DNA from: Chitinophagaceae bacterium
GTDB taxonomy: Bacteria > Bacteroidota > Bacteroidia > Chitinophagales > Chitinophagaceae
Assembly: GCA_047602185.1 (NCBI GenBank)
Contig: JASGHY010000001.1
Span: 3,915,166 to 3,979,165, forward strand
Direction of reading: 5' to 3'
DNA: 64,000 bases
The notes under the pieces were generated by a model. The model was given only the letters and a program-made list of their open reading frames with translations. It was not told the DNA's origin and did no database searches. Below are positions 58,357-64,000 of this stretch, piece after piece (position 1 is the stretch's first letter; every line of letters begins with the position of its first letter). The translations under genes and the position numbers were made by a program.

Positions 58357-59270
58357 TTCAATTCCTGTTTATATGTATTGGCGTTGCTGATATCTACTTT
58401 CATCAGAATATCTCTTGCACGCTGCTTTTCTTCGGGTGTTCCTTTTTTAAAAATGCGCACCAGTTCTGTTGATTTCCCCTGGAAAAAGAACTGGAGTATC
58501 ATCGTATTGGGAATATCATTATTGAGCGTGTTTAATAAACTCAATGTATTCAGTATTGCAGTACGTCCTTCAGTCTCATTTTCATAAAGTACATCCAACC
58601 CCAACCTGTAATAGCTGTAAATAGCATCGTGTACAGTTGTATAGCGGCTATTGGTCAGATTTTCTACCAGCCAATAGCGGTTGCGCAATCCATCAAATGC
58701 CTTCCATCCTGAGATCTCACGGGACTCAGGTGCATTGTTAACAATCTGCATTGCTTTCTGAAAATAGGGATCACCACCACGCAGTGAGAAAGAGTCAAAA
58801 TCCAGTCCCAATATAATGTACACGTAATAGGCAATGGTGGCAGTAAGATTAGAAGCAATAGGATCTGAACCAGACACCCTATTCTCATTAAAATCCAATT
58901 GCTGAAACTCAACGTACTTAAACGCAACAGATTCATCCATGAAATTTATCAGCGGCGTTTCGTAGTTTGTATTATATACCGGGCGGGCAGCCTGTACAGT
59001 TAATGCAGCCTTATATACATTGCTTCCGCTTGATTCACTGATGTTCAGCAAAAAATTACAAACGATCTTTTCACTGGATTGAAAATTCTCCTTCGTCCAC
59101 CTGCGGCCATTCAAAAAGGTATTCAATGCTGTCTGTAGTGTCTGGAATACTTTTTTATCAGTTTGTGAGCTGATACGGCTTGCATTCACTGTAATGCGGG
59201 CCTGCAATTCCTGGGCATGTATGCCATAACCCGTCAACAACAAAATCACTAAAAGAATGCTATTACGCAT
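58353..59270 (-). CDS. DUF4835 family protein (labelled T9SS PorD in some annotations)
   Basis: Signal peptide ending IHAQE and an ITVNASRISSQTDKKVFQTLQTALNTFLN-type N-terminus. The usual Bacteroidota position next to coaBC. Confidence 0.6.
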   Translation of the reverse strand: MRNSILLVILLLTGYGIHAQELQARITVNASRISSQTDKKVFQTLQTALNTFLNGRRWTKENFQSSEKIVCNFLLNISESSGSNVYKAALTVQAARPVYNTNYETPLINFMDESVAFKYVEFQQLDFNENRVSGSDPIASNLTATIAYYVYIILGLDFDSFSLRGGDPYFQKAMQIVNNAPESREISGWKAFDGLRNRYWLVENLTNSRYTTVHDAIYSYYRLGLDVLYENETEGRTAILNTLSLLNTLNNDIPNTMILQFFFQGKSTELVRIFKKGTPEEKQRARDILMKVDISNANTYKQELK

Positions 59271-60459
59271 ATAATAGATTTACAATTCTGTCAACAATAT
59301 CACGCGCTACTTCAGCCTTTGGTTTGCGCTCATACCTTAGTTCACCGCCATCTCTATCAAAAATGGTTATTTTATTGGTATCATAACCAAATCCTGCCCC
59401 CTCATCATTAAGCGAGTTCAGGACTATCAGATCGGCATTTTTGCTTTTGAGCTTTTGGAGAGCGTATTCTTTCTCGTTGTTGGTTTCCAGTGCAAAACCT
59501 ACCAGCAACTGGCCATTGTGTTTCTGCTGTCCGAGATTTTTCAGAATATCTTTGGTACGCATTAATTCCAGGGAAAACTCTTCAGCGCTTTTTTTGATCT
59601 TCTGTTCTTCCGTGTGTAAAGGTGTGTAATCAGCCACTGCTGCGGCCATTACAGCCACATCTACGTCAGGAAAAGCTGCCACACAAGCCTCATACATCTG
59701 CTTTGCAGTTTGTACCCGCTGTACAGTAATACCTTCTTTTACAGGCACAATAACTGAGGGGCCAAGTACCAGGTGAACATTTGCTCCCCTGTCTGCCAGT
59801 TCCTCTGCAATAGCAATCCCCATTTTGCCCGATGAACGGTTGCCTATAAAACGTACAGGGTCTATAGGTTCATATGTAGGACCAGCAGTTACCAGCATTT
59901 TTTTACCAGCCAGATCTCCGGTATTAAATACGGTTTGTTGCAAGAATGTAATAATACTCTCTGGTTCAGCCATCCGACCATCACCATGCAGTCCGCTGGC
60001 CAGTTCACCTTTCTCTACCGGGATAATCCTATTGCCGTATGATTCTATCTTTTGCAGATTGGCCCTGGTTGAAGGATGATGCCACATGTCTTCGTCCATT
60101 GCTGGCGCTACCACTACCGGGCAGGTTGCGGATAAATAAGTGGCTTGCAACATATTATCGCAAATTCCCTGTGCCATTTTAGCCAGTGTATTGCAACTCA
60201 GGGGTGCTATTATCATCACATCGGCCCAACGCCCCAGCATTACATGGTTTGACCATGATGCCTCGCTGAACAGTTCTGTAATTACGGTATTCTTTGAAAG
60301 TGTGGAAAGTGTAAGCGGCGTAACAAAATCAGCGGCTGCAGGTGTCATTACTACTTTTACTTCAGCGCCAGCCTTTACCAGCAGTCGTGTTAACAGGATT
60401 GCTTTGTAGGCTGCAATGCTCCCTGTAATGCCAAGTAAAATCTTTTTTCCCTGCAACAT
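59263..60459 (-). CDS. coaBC: Bifunctional phosphopantothenoylcysteine decarboxylase / phosphopantothenate--cysteine ligase
   Basis: Flavoprotein motif [14 protein letters not shown] and CoaB-domain motif [11 protein letters not shown]. Confidence 0.95.
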   Translation of the reverse strand: MLQGKKILLGITGSIAAYKAILLTRLLVKAGAEVKVVMTPAAADFVTPLTLSTLSKNTVITELFSEASWSNHVMLGRWADVMIIAPLSCNTLAKMAQGICDNMLQATYLSATCPVVVAPAMDEDMWHHPSTRANLQKIESYGNRIIPVEKGELASGLHGDGRMAEPESIITFLQQTVFNTGDLAGKKMLVTAGPTYEPIDPVRFIGNRSSGKMGIAIAEELADRGANVHLVLGPSVIVPVKEGITVQRVQTAKQMYEACVAAFPDVDVAVMAAAVADYTPLHTEEQKIKKSAEEFSLELMRTKDILKNLGQQKHNGQLLVGFALETNNEKEYALQKLKSKNADLIVLNSLNDEGAGFGYDTNKITIFDRDGGELRYERKPKAEVARDIVDRIVNLLYA

Positions 60460-60530
60460 GAGTTTAAAATTAGTCCTTTTGTAGAAAGCGGTAAAATCAA
60501 CAATACCACTTTAAAACGTGGCTATCAACT

Positions 60531-60564
60531 AAAAAAGCGGCCCGGAAATCAGATTCCTGCCGCC
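60531..60564 (-). terminator. Possible terminator downstream of rpoZ
   Basis: Imperfect stem gcggcccggaa / ttcctgccgc, with the minus-strand T-run supplied by aaaaaa at 60531-60536. Confidence 0.35.
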
Positions 60565-60593
60565 TTATATATTTTATACCAATGTGGGATGAA

Positions 60594-60935
60594 TTAGCTG
60601 AACAGATCGTCTTCGTTCTTACGATGATAGATCTTGTCTTCCAGAAATTCCTGCGTAGCCAGCAATGCCGGGTTGGGCATACGCTCATAAGCGCGTGAAA
60701 TCTCTATCTGCTCTTTATTTTCATGAATCTCTTCCAGACTATCGGTATGGCTGGCAAACTCTTCCAGCTTATTGTGCAACTCTTCTTTCAACGAAATGTT
60801 GATCTGGTTAGCACGTTTTGCAATAATGGCAATGGACTCGTACACATTACCGGTTTTGCCCTTGATCACATTCAGATCCTTTGTTTCGGCCACATTGGTA
60901 GTATTGGCACTAATTTGCCGTCTTAATTTGCTCAT
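60594..60935 (-). CDS. rpoZ: DNA-directed RNA polymerase subunit omega
   Basis: NVYESIAIIAKRANQI core motif, 113 aa. Overlaps the bamD 3' end by 26 nt. Confidence 0.8.
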   Translation of the reverse strand: MSKLRRQISANTTNVAETKDLNVIKGKTGNVYESIAIIAKRANQINISLKEELHNKLEEFASHTDSLEEIHENKEQIEISRAYERMPNPALLATQEFLEDKIYHRKNEDDLFS

Positions 60936-61725
60936 TATTAAGGTCTTTAATGTTTTTTTGAGATAATGCTATATAACCCTCTGCTTCTTTTGCCAGTTTG
61001 CTACCAGGAAACCTGTCTGCAAAATCATGGCATTCATTTATCACCTGCTCATACCTTGTTTCCTGTTTGTCAGGAATACTATTAAATGCAAATAAATAAT
61101 AAGATTTTATTATCTGCAACTTATATTCATCGCTTTTCTGTGAATCAGGAAAATCATTCATCAGGCTGGCAAATGCTACACCCGCAGCCCTGTAATGCCC
61201 CATACTGAAATATAACTGAGCACTTGCATATTGCTTATTCTCAAGCTTTTCACGACACCTATCAATGATCTCTGAAGCTTCTTTGATCCTTGAAGAGCCA
61301 GGATGATAGTTAATAAAGGCCTGCATGTAACCAATTGTTTTCTGTGTATTGGTCTGATCCAAGGCCTGCTTGGGTGATTGCCTGTAATAAGTATAAGCCC
61401 TCATGTACTCCATTTCTTCTGCTTTGGGGCTGTTAGGGAAAACCTCTACAAATTGTTTGAACAGGTTTTCAGCATTCATCCAGTCCCTCAGGTAATAGGA
61501 GCAATATGCATATTTATAAAAAAGATCTTCAAACTGAGGCTGCCCTTTCATAAGGGGAAATAGCTCCTCATACAACTGCTGGGCAAAATTATACTTCTTC
61601 TCCAGATAGTATTTTTCCGCCATACGTAATTTATAATCATAATCCGTGCTCTTTTGCACTTTGGCAAACTTAGAGCAGGAAACAATCAAAACACTACAAG
61701 TGATCGCTAAAAGGGCTAATCTCAT
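60910..61725 (-). CDS. bamD: Outer membrane protein assembly factor BamD (TPR lipoprotein)
   Basis: Lipobox LIVSCS and TPR-like repeats (AEKYYLEKKYNFAQQLYEELF, AQLYFSMGHYRAAGVAFASL). Confidence 0.8.
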   Translation of the reverse strand: MRLALLAITCSVLIVSCSKFAKVQKSTDYDYKLRMAEKYYLEKKYNFAQQLYEELFPLMKGQPQFEDLFYKYAYCSYYLRDWMNAENLFKQFVEVFPNSPKAEEMEYMRAYTYYRQSPKQALDQTNTQKTIGYMQAFINYHPGSSRIKEASEIIDRCREKLENKQYASAQLYFSMGHYRAAGVAFASLMNDFPDSQKSDEYKLQIIKSYYLFAFNSIPDKQETRYEQVINECHDFADRFPGSKLAKEAEGYIALSQKNIKDLNNEQIKTAN

Positions 61726-61808
61726 AAAATGTGTGCAAAGTTAAGGTTTTGCGTGCAAATATGAATGGATTGACTTTTGTCTCCAAAAAAGGCTCGTTAA
61801 TTAATATT

Positions 61809-61832
61809 AAAAAACCTCCCCGGATGGGGAGG
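61809..61832 (-). terminator. Rho-independent terminator of the OmpA-family gene
   Basis: cctcccc (61815-61821) / ggggagg (61826-61832), with the minus-strand T-run from aaaaaa at 61809-61814. Confidence 0.75.
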
Positions 61833-61875
61833 TTTTGATATGACTATATATATTCTTATATATTTAGAAGTCAGG

Positions 61876-63558
61876 CTATTTCTTACGCAGGTTGGGATGG
61901 GGAGCAGGAACACTGTTGGGACCTTCTTCACCAGTACCATCTCTCAGATCAACGGTATTGCAATCACCACCGGTTTCACCATATTTAAAGATGAAACGAT
62001 CAGCGCTAATACCTTCTTTCTCTACGAGATAGTTAATAACGGCATTTACACGATCCCAGCTTAATTGTTGTTCAGATTTGCTGGATGAGCAATATCCGAT
62101 AACAGCAATTTTACAATCAGAATTATCGCGGATCTTCTGAGCTACGCTTGCCAGCAATGCTTTAGCATCATTGCTCAAGGTAACCGCTCTTCCTTTAAAG
62201 GTAATACTTGGCAAATCACCAATCTTACATTTACCAGCGCCACCACGAACACCATTCTCATCGATCCATTTACGCAGAGAATCGCAACAGCTTGGAGGAG
62301 GACATTTTCCGATACCATCAGCATCTACTGGCTGGCACTGTGTAGGAGTGATCAGCTCTTTGTCTTTATAATCAGGAACACCATCACCGTCAGTGTCACG
62401 GCTTACACCATGTGCATCAACAGGTGCACCTGCAGGAGTGTTGGGCTCCATATCAAACTGATCAGTAACACCGTCACCATCAGCATCATCCAAAACTGGT
62501 TTTGGAATCTTCATGTGACGAGGTTTGTTGATCTCATTGTAAGCATAATCCAATGGATTAAGCCACCACAATGGTTCAACAGATTTGCTGCCAATTGAAA
62601 TATTCAAACCAACAGACAGGAAGTTATATAAATCCATGTCACGTGTCTGTGCAGGACTAGTATAATTACCTGCAATAACATTCACATTTTCCTGCCATTG
62701 CTGACCATCTAACAGGTCTGTTTTTGGAATAGTGATCCTGTCTTCAATTGCCAGGCTAAGTTTTTTATTCAGTTTAAATGCGATACCAGCGCCTAAAGTA
62801 AGAGCAGGTCTGAACGGCTTACCGAAAACCTTTGGCTGACCATTGTCAGTTTCACCGGGTGTTTCATATTTACCATCCAGGATATTTTTCAGATCCTTTT
62901 TGATATCTTTTCTGTCTTTATACCTGTAACCGGTAGGGCCGTATTTGGCAATAACAGACGAAAAGTTATAAGGATTACCGCTACCATCAAGGGCGTCGAT
63001 CTTTGTATCATAGATCATACCTGCGATACCAATGAAGCCGTACAAGTTAAACCCTGTTTTGGCACGGTGAAAACGGATATTGTTTAATGTGAACACTGCT
63101 TCCAGGTTCGCATCATATATATTCGTTTTGTAATTGTAGAAAACAGGGTTAGCGGGCGTACCTCCTACTAAATAAGGAGACCAGGCTGGATTATTAACAT
63201 AACCACGTGAAGGCTGGAAGTTCAAACCTTTTGTAGAACCATAATCAAAGTTTGCTCTTAAAGACATAACATAACCCAGTGCTTTACGAACATGCAATCC
63301 AAATGCATATCCAGGGTAACGGTTGCGTACATCGCCAGATATACCAAAAGCTCCTGCCTTGATACCAACTTCCCACTGGTTGCGGGGTTTGGCAGGATAC
63401 GGATAATTATTCGCCATGAATTCCGTGTGCTGCGGTAATCGTTTAGATGGCACAACAGATGAGTCCTGTACATCATAGCTACCGCCGATTTGAGCGAAAG
63501 CCCCAGACACTAACAGGCACAGTAAACCAAACAAACCTGTGTACTTTTTGCTAGCCAT
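61876..63558 (-). CDS. OmpA-family outer membrane protein with thrombospondin type-3 repeats
   Basis: Signal peptide ending GAFAQ and an N-terminal beta-barrel-like region. TSP3 repeats DADGDGVTDQFD / DTDGDGVPDYKD and a C-terminal OmpA-like domain. Confidence 0.85.
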   Translation of the reverse strand: MASKKYTGLFGLLCLLVSGAFAQIGGSYDVQDSSVVPSKRLPQHTEFMANNYPYPAKPRNQWEVGIKAGAFGISGDVRNRYPGYAFGLHVRKALGYVMSLRANFDYGSTKGLNFQPSRGYVNNPAWSPYLVGGTPANPVFYNYKTNIYDANLEAVFTLNNIRFHRAKTGFNLYGFIGIAGMIYDTKIDALDGSGNPYNFSSVIAKYGPTGYRYKDRKDIKKDLKNILDGKYETPGETDNGQPKVFGKPFRPALTLGAGIAFKLNKKLSLAIEDRITIPKTDLLDGQQWQENVNVIAGNYTSPAQTRDMDLYNFLSVGLNISIGSKSVEPLWWLNPLDYAYNEINKPRHMKIPKPVLDDADGDGVTDQFDMEPNTPAGAPVDAHGVSRDTDGDGVPDYKDKELITPTQCQPVDADGIGKCPPPSCCDSLRKWIDENGVRGGAGKCKIGDLPSITFKGRAVTLSNDAKALLASVAQKIRDNSDCKIAVIGYCSSSKSEQQLSWDRVNAVINYLVEKEGISADRFIFKYGETGGDCNTVDLRDGTGEEGPNSVPAPHPNLRKK

Positions 63559-63609
63559 AACTAAAATTTATGTGAAGGAATAAAGAAAGTCCAATGTCCC
63601 TATATTGTG

Positions 63610-63617
63610 CAAAAATA
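63610..63617 (-). promoter_or_regulatory. Candidate -7 promoter box (TATTTTTG on the minus strand) for the OmpA-family gene
   Basis: Plus-strand caaaaata matches the reverse complement of TAnnTTTG, 52 nt upstream of the start codon. Confidence 0.3.
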
Positions 63618-63765
63618 TTAATTGCAGTCTAAATACCAAATTTTTTTACCCAACTCCAATGTGTTTATCTTGCTGTCTTTCATTTAATAACACATATATA
63701 AATAGGTGAAAAGTATTGTAATAAATCAGCTACAATAACGTAACTTTTTCCTCAGTAAATCCATC

Positions 63766-64000
63766 ATGAAATTATCACAGTCAATATTACACGAAGAATT
63801 ATTGCTATTTGACAAGAAATTCAAGGATGCAGTTAAAAGTAATGTGCCACTGTTAGACCGCATAATGCGTTTTATTGTAAACCGCAAAGGGAAACAGTTG
63901 CGGCCTATGTTTGTATTACTCGCTGCAAAGCTCTGTGGGCCTGTAAATGAGGTAACCTATCGGGCTGCGTCATTGGTTGAGCTACTGCATACTGCAACAC
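63766..64000 (+). CDS. ispB: Polyprenyl diphosphate synthase (IspB-like), N-terminal fragment running off the window
   Basis: ATG at 63766. MKLSQSILHEELLLFDKKF...GKQLRPMFVLLAAKLCG...ASLVELLHTAT is typical of trans-prenyltransferase N-termini. Confidence 0.7.
   Translation, partial: MKLSQSILHEELLLFDKKFKDAVKSNVPLLDRIMRFIVNRKGKQLRPMFVLLAAKLCGPVNEVTYRAASLVELLHTAT

Noticed and set aside
60497-60688. ORF 60497-60688 (-), 63 aa
   Set aside because: It overlaps the rpoZ 3' end out of frame and spans the putative terminator.
1-64000. tRNA, rRNA, tmRNA, RNase P RNA, IS elements, integrases, prophage genes, toxin-antitoxin pairs and known defense-system genes
   Set aside because: I looked for T-loop-like GGTTCGAAT motifs, rRNA-like stretches and characteristic protein motifs in the ORF track and found none. 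This is a visual scan only, so small RNAs could be missed.

Overview
The window looks like a chromosomal segment of a Bacteroidota genome, probably Chitinophagaceae-like. That guess rests on gene content: a T9SS type-B cargo protein next to PorP/SprF, a dcw cluster without murF, and TAnnTTTG-type promoter boxes. All calls come from reading the ORF track and sequence by eye. No database search was run.

About 50 protein genes are supported:
- Left part: metG, a class A beta-lactamase, a FadB-like fusion enzyme and an ABC-2 transporter pair.
- 12.5-30.4 kb, minus strand: a complete dcw cluster, mraZ-rsmH-ftsL-ftsI-murE-mraY-murD-[four-helix-bundle gene]-ftsW-murG-murC-ftsQ-ftsA-ftsZ.
- Middle: queA, an orphan histidine kinase, algH/yqgE, and a UbiA/SDR/HAD cluster resembling the decaprenyl-phospho-pentose pathway, divergent from a GT-C-like membrane protein.
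- Right part: recG, a 1232-aa T9SS cargo protein with PorP/SprF, a NarL-type two-component locus, scoAB, coaBC, rpoZ, bamD, an OmpA-family protein and the start of ispB.

No tRNA, rRNA, CRISPR array, IS element, integrase or phage genes were seen.

The main structure not explained by genes is a set of degenerate 7-nt-periodic repeat arrays. They fill most larger intergenic spacers, including those inside the dcw cluster, occur in both orientations, and share exact 18-43-nt cores between distant loci. Three related observations stand out:
- A 1.5-kb ORF-free, pyrimidine-skewed region upstream of mraZ contains tandem ~295-bp units with long hairpins.
- A hypothetical gene at 32114-32749 is bracketed by a perfect 25-bp inverted repeat.
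- An Avd-like four-helix-bundle gene sits inside the dcw cluster between inverted repeat arrays.

I see no convincing new multi-gene system such as a defense or RiPP locus. The repeat and structured-RNA observations and the DprE1-less pentose-lipid cluster are the items most worth follow-up.
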